Assembly (NCBI GenBank): GCA_002104905.1
Contig: MCFE01000257.1
Location: 48,326 to 112,325, forward strand
DNA length: 64,000 bases
Direction: 5' to 3'
Source of the DNA: Basidiobolus meristosporus CBS 931.73
Lineage: Eukaryota; Fungi; Basidiobolomycota
Position 1 is the stretch's first letter. Every line of letters begins with the position of its first letter. The position numbers were made by a program, and so were the translations under genes. Below the pieces are notes generated by a model. That model saw only the letters and a list, made by a program, of their open reading frames with translations, had not been told where the DNA came from and made no database searches. Shown piece by piece: positions 28,994 through 41,952 of the stretch.

Positions 28994-30080
28994 ATGTCCA
29001 ACTTTGCCGAAGCACAGTTAGCCAAGTTTGGCTGGGAAAAGTAAGTAGACGTTCGCCAGGGGATGTTTGGTTCTTAGACCCACCCCATGAAATCGGGATA
29101 TTTACGTTTTGCCTGTCTGGAATAGAGGAAAAGGTCTTGGTCGTAACAATGAGGGTATCAAGCGTGCAATCTCCGTTGTCAAAAAGAACGATACCAAGGG
29201 GGTAAGCGATTTAGTGTTTTCGGCAATGCTTCCGCCCGGGTCTTACTTATCAAGTGACCTTTAGCTGGGAACCAAGGAGCAATTTGACTTTGCCTGGTGG
29301 GATCACGTATACAACAAAACCAGCAATAGCATCAAAATCGAGAAATCTACCGAGGGGGTAAACTTACCATCGAATCTCCTTGACCGACGGGGTCGTTTAC
29401 TCACCTTTCTACCCCATAGATTTCGGTCAAAAAAGAAGGTGGCGAGGCCCAGCGCAACCGGATGGGCATCATCAGTACCGAACGCCCAAGCGCAGCCTCT
29501 TCAGTAGAGAACTCCGATGCGGAGAGTGGTATTTCCACCCCCACCCCCAAAGCCAAATCGCTCTTGTACGGACTTTTCGTCAAGAGTGGAAATTCCATTC
29601 AAAACAATACTGAGTATGGAGCACATCCCACCCGTTTCAATGGGCCATTTTATTAACCCCTCTGATCGCTGCAGGGTCATCACCAAAGTATCCACCGAGG
29701 AGACCAAAGACTATTCAATGAAAATATCGGATAAGGAGCTTTTCGAAGCTTGTGGTGGACGCACTGCTAGAAAGGGCGCTCGTGGGGATCAATCAGGAAA
29801 GCTGTCTCGCATTGACACCGACTTGCTATTGGAGGATGCTGACAACGAAAAGGAAGCAAAGAAAAAGCGCAAATCGGAAAAAGATACGGATGAGACGGGA
29901 AAGAAATCCAAGAAATCCAAAAAGGAGAAGAAGGAAAAGAAATCCAAGGAGGACAAGAAGGAGAAGAAGGAAAAGAAATCCAAGGAGGACAAGAAGGAGA
30001 AGAAGGAAAAAAAGGCCAAGAAGGCTAAGACTGACGACAGCAACAAACCTGAGAAGAAGGAGAAGAAGTCCAAGGCTTAA
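28994..30080 (+). CDS. G-patch protein (GPATCH4/Tma23-like) with KKE-rich tail, about 5 exons
   Basis: Reconstructed MSNFAEAQLAKFGWEK|GKGLGRNNEGI..., FAWWDHVYNK, LLYGLFVKS, DKELFEACGGRTARKGAR; GT-AG introns. Confidence 0.8.
29922..30011 (+). repeat. 36-bp coding tandem repeat x2.5 (KEKKEKKSKEDK)
   Basis: AAGGAGAAGAAGGAAAAGAAATCCAAGGAGGACAAG starts at 29922 and 29958, partial at 29994. Confidence 0.9.
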
Positions 30081-30552
30081 CTGCAAGCTCGCTTGCACAT
30101 CCTTCTTTTATTTGTATTATAGATCATGCTGTGACCCTTTTAATTTTGAACTTCCCATAGTTCGATCGTTATAGAACTGCATTTATTTCTTTCGCTCTTA
30201 ATATTCGTATGACCAAGCCTCAAATCTCATTAAACTGATGAATGTTATGCCAGTGACCAGTATTTCCCAGTAGGTTTTGTTGCGACGTGCCCGAAATAAA
30301 TAATCATGACTCAACCGAGGTTTGCAATGATTATGATCTACCCCATATTCGAAGCACGAACTCCAGGCCACCTCTCATAAATAGTCGTCCCCCAAAAGTC
30401 GGTGGCCATCACGTGGAGAGCTTCTTTGAGAAAAGAACCTTCCATCACCCCAGAAAATTTCTCCTAGTTCAAAAGCCGCTCTGCTATCGGGGAGCGGTTT
30501 TCTTTATTACCTCGGTTTTCCCCTCGCTTCTCCCCTATAGACTACGACCAAA

Positions 30553-30803
30553 ATGGACTTCGTCAACCGCCCTAATCATATGTTGGAGAGACAGAAGTTG
30601 TTCCAAGTAAGTATTTTTCCTGACACCTTCCACTGTCGAGGCCAGGTCCCCTAAACTTCCTGAAGTCCCAAGTTTCCAAGCCTGTCTGGCTTAAAGGTCC
30701 CAGAGATAAGGTTCTCGTTACCTCCTTCTTCGTTTTCCTCGGAGCAGGCCTTGTTGGCTCCTTGTATGGTACCGTCCAATTGATTCGCGGCAAGAAGGAT
30801 TAA
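30553..30803 (+). CDS. COX7: Cytochrome c oxidase subunit VII (Cox7/COX7A-like); intron 30607-30665
   Basis: MDFVNRPNHMLERQKLFQ|SQVSKPVWLKGPRDK followed by one TM helix, resembling yeast Cox7 (LQKIFQSSTKPLW). Confidence 0.75.
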
Positions 30804-33800
30804 AAGTTGACGTTTCCCCCGAGATGCCAAAACCCCTTTCAAGAAATAAAACCACTTGAATTTTTCGAAGGTTGTCTATAACCAGTAGTGATGGAGTAGT
30901 GCCTCCAACCAAGCACCCTTGTCAGTGTAAAAGGTTTTCACCGAGCCTGTGCCGTGTGAAAGACAGCGGTCTTTTCTATGTAGGATACTTGATCTCATCG
31001 CGTAGATTCGGTTCCCGGTTGGCAACCAGGTTGTCTGTGGTGACAAAAGGGGGAATTCCCGAGGAAGCCTTGTTTGTGCCCCGTCGCCTGGTTGACATTT
31101 ATGCACCGCGGCTGGTTTACGCCAACGCGGAAGCGATGGTCGTGTCAAGTGTTTGGATTAAACCATCGTTTAACTGGCGCCCAACCCAGCAGCCTTAATC
31201 TTGCCCGAGCACACATAGGTGCCTCAGACATCTACATCCATGACATGCTCTGGCCATCTGGAGCTGACTGGTACGCTTGTCTCGCTCTTTGGAAAACGGG
31301 TATCACCCAGGAGGAGGTTGCTGCGAGCTGCTTTGGTGATGTAATGGACAAGGCGAATAAATGAGTCGCAGTGGGGCAGCAATACAGAAGCAGACATACC
31401 GGATATTGCTTGAGATTCGAGAATCCTTGACAAAAGAAGGATGCCAATAATCGTCAGGAGCGGCTGCATCCCTGTAGCCAATTGTCGGCTGGTGGTGGAT
31501 GTGGTACGAGACAGGGATTTCGAGAGCTTATAATCATATTTCAAGCGGCTGCCTAATTGGCAGCACGTTGAGCTGCAAATATCTGATTGACAAAGGTAGG
31601 ACTGTATTTTGATGGCTCAACAGGGATTTGAATATTAATATTAGATTGAGCCAGTGCTAGCGGATGGTTTTGGGAAGATGCGAGGCATGAGCGTCTTACA
31701 TTAGAACATCATTGATCCTACGCCACCAAGGATGCTCAATCATGTTGGGTCATTTCGGACACAAAGACCAAGCAGCAATAAATCTCTGGTGATACTAAAT
31801 ACACTAGCAATCGATAGTACGAACGAGGGCAAGGTACCGAAAATTAAAATCCTCCGACAAGCCCAGGTGCCACAAATGGATCATTAATTAACAGTGGGCA
31901 GGCGAGCATCTAATGGGGTTTTAATCCGTATACGTTCTATCTTCGCATCTTATCCCTCTGCATGCTATCTATCATACATGCAGGTCGCAAATATGCCGGG
32001 ATTTAGCAACAACCAGTTGATTCGCAGCGGGCTATCACAGGCCAGGATCTGTGGACGGCAACTTGACGTGAGCTGTCCAGGGCTATGAATCCGACTGGAT
32101 TTGCGGTAGCATCAGCGAGCGAGATTGTTGATCGAACATGGATTTCGAGCATCCATGGCGATCAGCTTCCCATACCATACAAGCAGCATCCCACACCCGC
32201 GAAGGGACTGAGGTGACGCTAGCCTCGCGAGCCCGACCTGCGCTGGTGGTTGTTTAGTTTTTCCAACTAACCGGTTCCCACATCAATGCGGCTAGTGACA
32301 CAAATCTCGGAGGGTTGAGGGTTGCCTGTTCATGCTCCCCTCGAGGATACCTTGAGGGAGACAAAAACGGCCGGCCATTGGATTGCTGATTCTTGTTCAA
32401 CGCTACCAAGTTACTGATTAGCGCATCACTGAATTTTTAATGTAAATGATGGGAGTGGAGCCATCTGTGCGATTCTATCTCGATTCGCAATTCTGATCAA
32501 TGTTTACAAGCCAAGTAATCAGCGTTCCATCGAATCAGCCATCAGCCATCACTCGCCCTCTTTCCGGCCAGATGCAAATTTCCTCCAGATGCAAAACCAA
32601 GACCATCCTGAGCAACCCTGTGCGGACTCGGATGATTGGACTGGAACGACATGGACAAATTGAAGCTGGCCTTAATTAGTACTAGTGCTCGATGGGTGTG
32701 TCTGCCCCTAAAACAAACGATCATTTCACTGCCATGACATCATGCCACCGTTGTTCTTGACTTCTCTCGAATCAGGGCGGGCAATGGCAATGGTCGATTA
32801 TCTCATACCAGCCTGATCAGAAGTGGCCGCGAGGCGTTCTGCATAAAGGGTCCTGACTAGAACAGAGCACCGTGTGTATCCCCTGATGAGTTGGAGCACA
32901 CATGTCCACTCCTCCGCAACACTGAGCCACCGCCTGATTCAACACTGTTTAGTCAACATCCGTTCAGTATGGCACTCTGCCTCAGACTCGGCCCACCACC
33001 GATTTCACCACTCAGATCACTAGCGCATAAAATACGGGTGATATCTAGCGAATCTCCACGAATATCCGATACGCTGTTGATACATGTGCCTGCTCTTGTA
33101 CCAGCCATGCGCTCTCTCCATTGGCCCAATGTGACTTCAGAACCATGTAACAATCGCACAAGACCCAAATGTCCAGCAGAAAATCCTTTCTGCGATGTTT
33201 CCGCCGTTTCCGCGACTCAGGCCAGAGGCGACTCCACACCCTAGCCTATGGTGCAGTGTCTCGTATCAAACAGACAGCCGCCCTCTGCATCCTTACGAAA
33301 GCTGTCAGGTGCTGGGTGGTAAGACTGCAGAGCTAGATGGCCTCCGGCACCAATCGTTCCATCGTCCGAGTCTCCTGGAGAACGTTTGTTGCTATGAATG
33401 GATACATGCTTGCTTTTTTGAGATCAAATCAAGAACATCGTGGCTACATTTGTCCAGTGAAATACTAGTCAAAAAATGACCATCTTTCCAACGTAACAAA
33501 ACTTCATGAGCTCATGTGATACATCAATCTGTTGTATCACCGGATCCAATGGCTGATCCAAATGCCGATATTTCTGTCGACACGCCCCTCAGGCAATCCG
33601 CTTGGTTGTGAGCGAGTGTCTGGGTGAGGGCCTCTCCTGCTGGACTGTTCGCCCTGTCCCATGGTCCAAGATTGTTGCAACAGGAAAAGCATCCACAAAG
33701 GAAACCATCCAGGGCCCCTCTTGGGCTACAATGTTACCTGAACCTTCCGCCTATCTATTTGTGCGCGACCCTCGAAATGTCGGTAATTTCGGATTCCCCC

Positions 33801-34339
33801 ATATCCCACGATACAACCATGAACCCAAGTAATTGTCACCAATACAAGTCGCCAACGGTTCATTGTCCTTTCCAAAGGGAATAAATGTTTAGGATCCTGA
33901 GCCATGTATTGGTCGATACCAATTCCAGCACATTTCGCGAGATTGTTTCTAATTCGGCTATAAGGTTAAAGTCAATTTAGCTATTTTAATGTGAATTTTC
34001 CCTGGATCATATTTCGGTTAAATCCCTAAATAATCCTGTGCTCCTGGTCGTGCTACCCCCTTTTGCTTTCGAGTTCCCTTAGGTCATACCGTATTGGTTA
34101 GAGACCCCAAGGTGATGGTATAAATACCCGAGATGTGCCCCTCCCTGCTCCACTCACCATTACTACGGCGTTTCCGATTAGAGCAGCCTTGTGATTACTT
34201 CGATCACCTATTTCGCTTATTCAGTGTCGCTTCTTGTTCGTGCAAGTAATCCTACTCGTTGACAGCCATTCCAACTTCGATAACCCCCTTGCTCACAGAG
34301 CCTCTTCACTCCAACCTTCAATTCGAACCAGTGCCGACC

Positions 34340-36058
34340 ATGCATCTAACTTTCCCGCTCCACAGATACGTCTTCCAAAACGACGAGAAGGCGGTCGAGG
34401 CTGCGTTGGGTGGCCCACTCTACAACCAAATCAACGAGAGAGACCACCGTGGGAACACCCCTTTACAGCTGGCCCTTATTCTTGGCAGAGTAAGAATCGC
34501 CAATATTTTGTTGAATCGTGGGGCGGAATGCCTTGGCCTGAAAAAAAATGGCAATGAGCCACCCTCCTGGACATCCTTGGATGAAGCCTGCGCCTTGGAA
34601 GACAGGGATCTCGTTCGTAAGGTATTACAAAAATCCATTGATCAACATGTACGAGACTGGTGTGCACCACCTGTTGATCGCTCGCAGGACCCAAAGCACG
34701 GCCCAATGGCCAGTGAGATTCCCGCCAACCCAAACATCCCAGCTGAGGGAGGTCCGCTGGCCAGGCTAAACCAAGAAATCCACGAGGATGTGGACATGAC
34801 CCTCCATTGGAAGTTCACCAGCCGAATCTCCAATGCGCTGGCCCGCCACGCCCTCCCAAGAGACGCCATTAGAATCCGTAAGAAGTCCTCTTACTTCCGC
34901 TTAGACTTTGGCGAAACCTCATTGGGGATGTTCGGTGGCTTCGATAAGAAGGATGAGAGAAGCGCGGATGTGATCAATAAGCGTCGCCAATACCTGAAGA
35001 AACATGATATCCAGCGATTCAGCTTGATCATCCGTGTCGATGACCCCAATATTCCCCAGGCGTTCCCCGCTCCGCCTGCGGTATTTTTGCTCGACCACGA
35101 GCGGGAATGGGCCCAGGAGCTTTACCCAGAGTTTTACCCCGAGACACTACTGGAAAGTGCAGTGTCCACCTGTCTCAGGGCCCCGATGGTCAAGTACTGG
35201 ATCCCCTTGCGTAACATCGAGGTCAAGGAGAAGAATGAGAAGAAGAAGAAGGGGCTAGGCAGCATGTTAATGAAGAAGAAGACCGGCGCCACCACCTACA
35301 AAATCAAGAACGCCTCCATTTCCATTCTGATCCGAGAACTCGAGGAGCGTGTCTGGGCCAACGGAAGCGGAGGTGTTGCCTCCAATGCGTTGATCAAGAA
35401 ATTGAAGGCCCTAGGCTTCAGTGGACTGGAAAGCATGCTAGCCAGCGATGGAAACATAAAGGATACCGGCAAGAGCGGAAATGCCTCCGATTCAGATTCG
35501 GATTCGGACTCTGACGACGAGACTAGTAACGTTTCCTCCAATGCGGCTGGCAAGGACAGTGGAGCCAAGAACACCCATGAAGACCCCAATATTCAAGCCG
35601 AGTTGGTGAAAATGTCGGTTACTGATAGTTACGAAGAATACTTCAGTGGAAATATCAAGAAGAATGTATGCTTCAACAAGGCCGAAACGGTGACCCAATA
35701 CATCAAATTCGAACTCAAAGAGCCCATTAAGATCAAGTGGGCCCCCACAATCCCCGGAAGCACTAAGAGCAAAAACTTGAGCAGCGGTACCTCTGGCTTC
35801 CCTATATCTTTCAAGCAATTCTCACCAATATTCGAGCATATTTTCAGTGGGGGAATCCTTGATTGGGCTGGGTTCGCAAATGTCTGGAATGAATGCCGTA
35901 AAAAGGATGCCACTCCAGGGTTCCCAGTGAAAATCAACATTCCTCTACATCCTGTCATTGGGGTTCGCATCAGCTTCAAGGAGTGTCATGTTGGCATGAC
36001 TCTATCTGACGATCTGTTCCAAAACCAAGGATATTCAAATAACGTTATTATCCACTGA
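34340..36058 (+). CDS. ANKRD13-like ankyrin-repeat protein, intronless
   Basis: First ATG at 34340: FPLH..VF.ND, D.RGNTPLQLA, WTSLDEA; C-terminal GFPVKINIPL; TATAAA at ~34119. Confidence 0.75.
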   Translation: MHLTFPLHRYVFQNDEKAVEAALGGPLYNQINERDHRGNTPLQLALILGRVRIANILLNRGAECLGLKKNGNEPPSWTSLDEACALEDRDLVRKVLQKSIDQHVRDWCAPPVDRSQDPKHGPMASEIPANPNIPAEGGPLARLNQEIHEDVDMTLHWKFTSRISNALARHALPRDAIRIRKKSSYFRLDFGETSLGMFGGFDKKDERSADVINKRRQYLKKHDIQRFSLIIRVDDPNIPQAFPAPPAVFLLDHEREWAQELYPEFYPETLLESAVSTCLRAPMVKYWIPLRNIEVKEKNEKKKKGLGSMLMKKKTGATTYKIKNASISILIRELEERVWANGSGGVASNALIKKLKALGFSGLESMLASDGNIKDTGKSGNASDSDSDSDSDDETSNVSSNAAGKDSGAKNTHEDPNIQAELVKMSVTDSYEEYFSGNIKKNVCFNKAETVTQYIKFELKEPIKIKWAPTIPGSTKSKNLSSGTSGFPISFKQFSPIFEHIFSGGILDWAGFANVWNECRKKDATPGFPVKINIPLHPVIGVRISFKECHVGMTLSDDLFQNQGYSNNVIIH

Positions 36059-36911
36059 TCATCCCTATATTAATCACCTCCGCATTCTAATCTAATTGGC
36101 ATAATTTAAAGCATTATTATCATTATTTCCATTTATTACACCGAATTTCGAATGTTTCGTAGCTGATATCTTTGCAATTACCAGTTGATCAGTCTGTAAT
36201 ACTGCCGTCCATTGTAACGTTCAGGAATGTATTTTTAGATTTCCGCATATTTGCTATCCTGTAATGATACTGTTTATTTTTACACAAAAGAAATTTACCG
36301 TAATCCGACCATCTGTGCATTCCCCTTATTTCCCCATATGTCCACGGGTCTGGGATAGTGAATAGGATTCATTTCGAGAACATTGCGCATCTCGAGTTGC
36401 CCCAAGAATCAATGGAAACCAAGTAACTCTATTTAGAGCTTCCAGCCTCCGGTCGAACCTCTTGAGGGGTTCGATGCACCAGCGAAATGGTAACACTAAT
36501 CCATTGCAAGCAGCATTCAACTGAAACCTGTATATACCAATATGCCACGGATCAATCAGATGAGCCAGGCTCATAGGTCAGAAAAGCCATTGGCGTGACT
36601 GCTCACAAAAAATAGATTATATTGGTGACATGCTGTGCACCAATCAACCCATAGGTAGCACCGCCGGCGCCTCCGTTTTGGACGCAATGCTCGCGTGGGA
36701 GCCGAACTGGTGTATGTTACACAGTGCGATAAGGTCTTGAGCATGAGATAACGGCAGGTCACTGTTCAGGAATGGCAATCAAGGGAAATGTCATTTCAAC
36801 AATCATTGAGGCGATTTATGCTTTATTTCAATGCATATACAAGTTTTATAAGTACACATATATCAAAAGATTTGAAGGGTTCCAATCCAAGTGGCTTTCG
36901 TCGACATCAGG

Positions 36912-38689
36912 TCATACTCCGTTTTTAGTGCGCTTGACTTTGACAATTGCCGGTGATTCGGGGATGGTTAGGTTCTTACGCGGTAGTCGGGGCAGCGCTT
37001 CTGGGCGATACAGGGTTTCTGGTATGGGCACTGGCTTATGGACAAGGGTCCGACGATACTCCTTCAGCTTCCTCTCTTCTTCCTTGGCCATTTCTTGACG
37101 CTTGGCCTCCCATACCGCTGCGTTTTGTTTCTTCTCCTCCTCAACTAATGCTTCCCAGTCGTGACGTTCTTGTATACGGCTCTCAATGCTCAGATGAATA
37201 TCCTCTGGAATGGTGAAGGCCTTGTCTGAATGGCTTGGATACCAAACATGACTGAAATCAGGCATTGGGTTGGCACGAGGGATCGTTCTCTCTCTAGCCA
37301 TTTCTTCCTCTTGCTTCAGTTTGCTCTGAAGGAATCTTTGATAAGCCTCTCCTCGGAGATCGGTCTCTAAACGGAAGGGCACGGGTCTTGTGAGAGGGCG
37401 AGGCTCTACCGGTGGGAGTGGGTCTGGATACTCCAAGTCGAGCATGGGTTGAGCATGGACATGGCGAAGGCGATCAGCCTCCTCCTGTTCACGTTGAAGC
37501 TTTTCATTGAATCGTTGTAGTTTGCGTTCTCTAATAGAATCCCCAACAAAATGAAAAGGCTTGGGCACCGTAATACCAGGCATGTAGGAGTTGACATTCC
37601 TCCTTTTCCTTTGGGGCCTGGCCCGAGTAATCTCATCGACAGCGACAGGTTTGGGCTTAGGCTTGGTAATATTCGGAGACCTTGGAATAGTGATGCCGTT
37701 TGTTCTGGTGTTTCTGGTGGCAGGTTTGAATTCAGAGCGATCAGCTACGTCGAACTCGATTCTTCGCTTTTTACTTGGCTTGGTGATGTTCGGTGATCTG
37801 GGTATAGTAACACCAGTCCAATTTCCCTGCAACTTTTGACTTGGTTTCTTTTCTACCCCTTCCTCTCTAGTAAGCTTACGTTTCACCACCTTGGTGATAT
37901 TTGGCGACTTCGGTATTGTCAAACCGTTCGCCTTGGAATGTGTACGTAGCTTACGCTCCTCCTCCGTATCTTCATGAATTTCTTGATATTGGCTATACTT
38001 AGCACGAAGCTTCGTCATTAGTTTTGGGGATCGAGGTATGGTGAGTCGATTTTGAATGACTGTTGCCGAAGGCTTTGCGGTGGGAATGGCCCTGAACCGC
38101 TCCGGGGTTCTTTTGAAAAAATCATCTACACGTGAGGCCATAGATACAAATGGAGATTTGGGAGTGTTGTTGGGTATAGGGGTCCCCATCTGACGTCCCC
38201 TAACCGATGTCAAGAGCCTAAATGGTTTGGGAACTGTAAGATCAAATGGGTTGGTGCGGCTCTTTTTTTTTGTTGTGGGTGCTTCTAAGTCGTCGACCGC
38301 TCCATACGGCTTACTTTCCTGTCTGGAGCGCTTCGTAAAATTTGGTGACCTCGGGATGGTCAGCTTTTTTGTGGATCTAAGGGTAACTGTCTCCGATATG
38401 GTATGTTCAAGTTCAGAATGGCCAACGGAAATTTCTTCATCCCATGAGGCACGAAGGTTGGTGGTTCTATATAGCGAATTGCGTGAGGGTGACTTGCTAG
38501 AGCTGTCTAGAAATGGGCTTTCCTCAGCTACGTTAAAAGTCAGGTTAGATGACAAAGCAACAGTCAAATGAAAATAAGCCGGGTACCCTGACGCTCATCC
38601 TCGCTACTCGGCTCGGAAGCTCCTGGTAGAGTTGGGTCATCAAGCTCGGTAGGAATGTCGTTGAAAACCGTATCAGACTCACCGATCAT
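36912..38689 (-). CDS. TPX2: TPX2-like spindle assembly factor; first exon from ATG 38689, intron ~38530-38587
   Basis: Repeated T[IV]P[RK]SP/PF motifs and HAQPM...RPLTRPVPFRLETDLRG (TPX2 importin-binding region); splice restores the frame. Confidence 0.75.
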
Positions 38690-39211
38690 TTATAAAGAAA
38701 CAGAATGGCACAACAATGAAAACAATAAGAAATAGTACCAATATTGCGAATTAACCTTTGGAAACAAGTAGTAGTGTGAAGATTGATTGCGATACGAATG
38801 GATTTAAATAGAGTTGAGTCCTGATCTCTGCCTTTTAAATTGATCTAAGCGGTTTGGGCTTGGTTTGTTTACACTACACTTGGTTTTTAGCAGGATTGTT
38901 TACATCTCGTATTGAATGAAGGTGATTGGCTCTTGAAATGAATGCTTAAATTACAATCTTGGAAATTGAGGATTGGTGTTGATGTCTAGTTTAAAATATT
39001 GGATAAGTTGGCCAGAGCTTCATTTACCCTTCAGACCGGAGTAATCATTTACTTCATGAGCCAAGATAGCATCATCTTGACAAGACCGTTCAAATTTATG
39101 AAATCAATATACTGGTTTATTATTAATAAAACAATGGTAAGTATGTAATGTTGTAGGGCGTTGTACAATGTTTGGGAAATCCACTTTGAAAGGTAGACGT
39201 CAATAGATAAT

Positions 39212-40132
39212 CTAAGCTCTACGCTTCTTCAACTTGGGCGAGGTTTTTGGCGATTGTTTTGGTGAAGCTTTGAAGTGATGCTCGGGGATCCAGCTTTGGT
39301 CAATCTTCTTTTCAGCTTCTTTGACGGGAACGACAACTTGAGGAACAGTACGTTTCTTCTGGGCCGGTTTGAAGTAGGTGTTTTTAACCATGTAGCCAAT
39401 ACCAACAGCAGCGCCCAAGAGCAATACATACACCGAAAGGCTGAAGAAAGAGACGTGTCAGAATTTGAGGACAAAGCTTGATGGCATAGAATAACCTACA
39501 TTTGCAGATCGAATATGCTTTCGGTAGTAACGAGTGTGACGACTGCGCTATGTACAATCTCATTGAATGGTGTCTTCATTTTATCCGTAAAATCAACCGA
39601 GACCACAAGGCCAAGTTCGTTGGGACTAAAATCAGCATAGAACTTAAATGGTATTTCTACGATGTCACCAGCAGACACTCTCTTGTTGACTTTGTAAGCA
39701 GTGAGCTGGGAAAGCAAAACATCAGTGTTGGCATACAGTAACATGAATTTTAACTATGCTTACCTTTCGAACAACTTGATTGAAGTCGTCATGGTTGACG
39801 AAAGCGCCCTGGATTGCCACGACATTGAGCTCTTGGTCGGCATTGTTGGCAAAGCTGATTACCATGTCATTCATTTTACCATTGTGTACGACTAATAATA
39901 GCGATATTAGATTATAGGTTTTTGGACTGAACGAAAGAGTATACTGGGTGTACCTCCGGAAAACTCGACTGAAGTGCGTATTTCAGGCTTCTCCTGAGCC
40001 CAAGCTAAAATAGCAGGTTAATACCATCTCATGGATAGATACAATTAGTATCAAGAATTATTTACCAATAAAGGGGCTCAAGAGAACAAACAATAGACAG
40101 AGGTAAACCTTTAGGTTGGTTCGGATGGACAT
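39212..40132 (-). CDS. Translocon-associated protein alpha (SSR1/Irc22-like), multi-exon
   Basis: Signal peptide MSIRTNLKVYLCLLFVLL; luminal exons (NGKMNDMVISFANN.., IPFKFYADFSPNELGLVV); one TM; C-terminal D.SWIPEHH motif. Confidence 0.75.
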
Positions 40133-41952
40133 CGTGAAGAAAGATAGGAATTTCAATCGTGCTGCACCAACCTTAAGTAGTAATCTCGAATGCCACACCT
40201 TTCTTCGAGAATATGCTGCCGAGATGTTATTGGTGATGGGATTATACTCGGATTGCTGAAGTGGTATCATATTGATTGGTTGCAAGGGTAGTGTACATCA
40301 ATTTGTATAGTAAATTGAGCGATTAGGGAATTCCGATTGTCAGAAATAGATGGCATTATTGACTTTTTTGATAATATGAGCATAAGTTCTAACCTTATTA
40401 TACATGGCAATTCTTTTGGGACATATTAAATGTCTAGGATTCACATTCTCTATGGGTTTCTCCACAATTATGGCAAGATTTGACCGAGATTGGGTGTGCA
40501 ATACATGTGAAGATATATATCATCGAGGCATTAAATACTGACATTTATGCTCCTCTGATAATAATTTATTCATACTACCCGATTGGGTAGTATGAGAAAT
40601 GCCATCCATTAATGTGTTTAAAATTCATCCTAATAATAGTCAATTTTACCAGGACTGTATGAATATGTTGAAAATCGGTTGATTTAAACCGCTTGTAATT
40701 CGATTTGATTAGTGGAAACCATATACCTTGTGCAATGTATATAGTCATGGTTTCATCCTTGATGCAATGATGCAGCCAAATAGCTTACAGTCTATGATTG
40801 GCGATAGCAAACTGTTGATTTGGTTGTGCAGGTTTGGTTAAGTCAGCCTACAAGCTATTGCGTGAAAACGCATACTGTTCTTGTTTATCCACATGAGACG
40901 TGTTGAGTTCACTAATGATCTTCGCATGTCTAACGCGCTATTCTGGACAGACAGACAATCGGAATTGGCTTATACGACTAGTATTCCTAAACATAATTTA
41001 ACACAGCTTCTGGATGGCCCACAGGTATTACGTCAGATGCATTCAATGGCTTTGATGCTCTACAGAATTCGTGGTAAACAGGGCCTAAGAGAGTACAGGT
41101 GAAAGGAGCAGAGTTGTGAGACCAATGACGAACCATCCGATACGTAAGTGGTCGATTTTGTATATACTCGAGGGGGATCACCTGATCAAGTGATCATTGG
41201 CAGTGGTCAAGTATTAATTATAAACCAACCAACGGTTCAGATCTGGCCAGGTATGGTGATGGTGAGAAAAAGCAGCATCATAATGATTGTTCAACGAAGC
41301 CGGTGCATTGGGAGCAACCTGAAAACTCGTTACCCACACTAAATCCGGACAACACCCTCATCCAACCCCCTGGAATACGCTGGACTAAGAAATATAAGCA
41401 CCAAAGCATCAGAGCACTCGGCGAATGCAACCCAATTGGCCGTCCTAGTTGGGCATCAAGTCCTGGCCAACTGGGAGGTCAATGATCTTTCCTGGCAATG
41501 CTCGTATCATTGCTGAGGATTCGTTTCACTGGTTCCTTTGCTTGTGAATGGCATACAGCCAGTGAGTATGGCGGTTCTCAGGTTACGTTATCATAGTTAA
41601 GCAGTCCTCTCCAAGTCACGACCATAAGCATGACTATCAGCTGTTTCAGAATTTGGGCCAATCGTAAGGGAGTGCTCCCCTTCTCTCAGAACCTTATTAT
41701 TCCCACAACCATTTACTTATTTAGGTCCATTGTTTTTGAACTCAATCAAACTTTCTGTTGAAACTGGCTCCCACCATGTATCGAATTAAGTTCCCACGAT
41801 GGCCTCCTTTCCACTCTAGGGGGTATATATTCGCAATGGCATCCTGCTTGCCAGATAAACTCAGCCATTTCTGCTTGGTCTCCAACTCTCTTGCAAGTTT
41901 AGGAGATCGTCATTTTGTTCCTTGTGTCTATTGAATACACCTATTTGTTCCT

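Noticed and set aside
29752-30174. Overlapping Arg-rich and Phe/Leu-rich ORFs
   Set aside because: Shadow frames of the purine-rich KKE repeat.
30872-31544. Possible spliced gene from ORFs 30872-31198 and 31074-31364
   Set aside because: No splice pair restores the frame and no family was recognised.
31600-34200. Assorted 60-120 aa ORFs
   Set aside because: No codon bias or motifs; likely chance ORFs.
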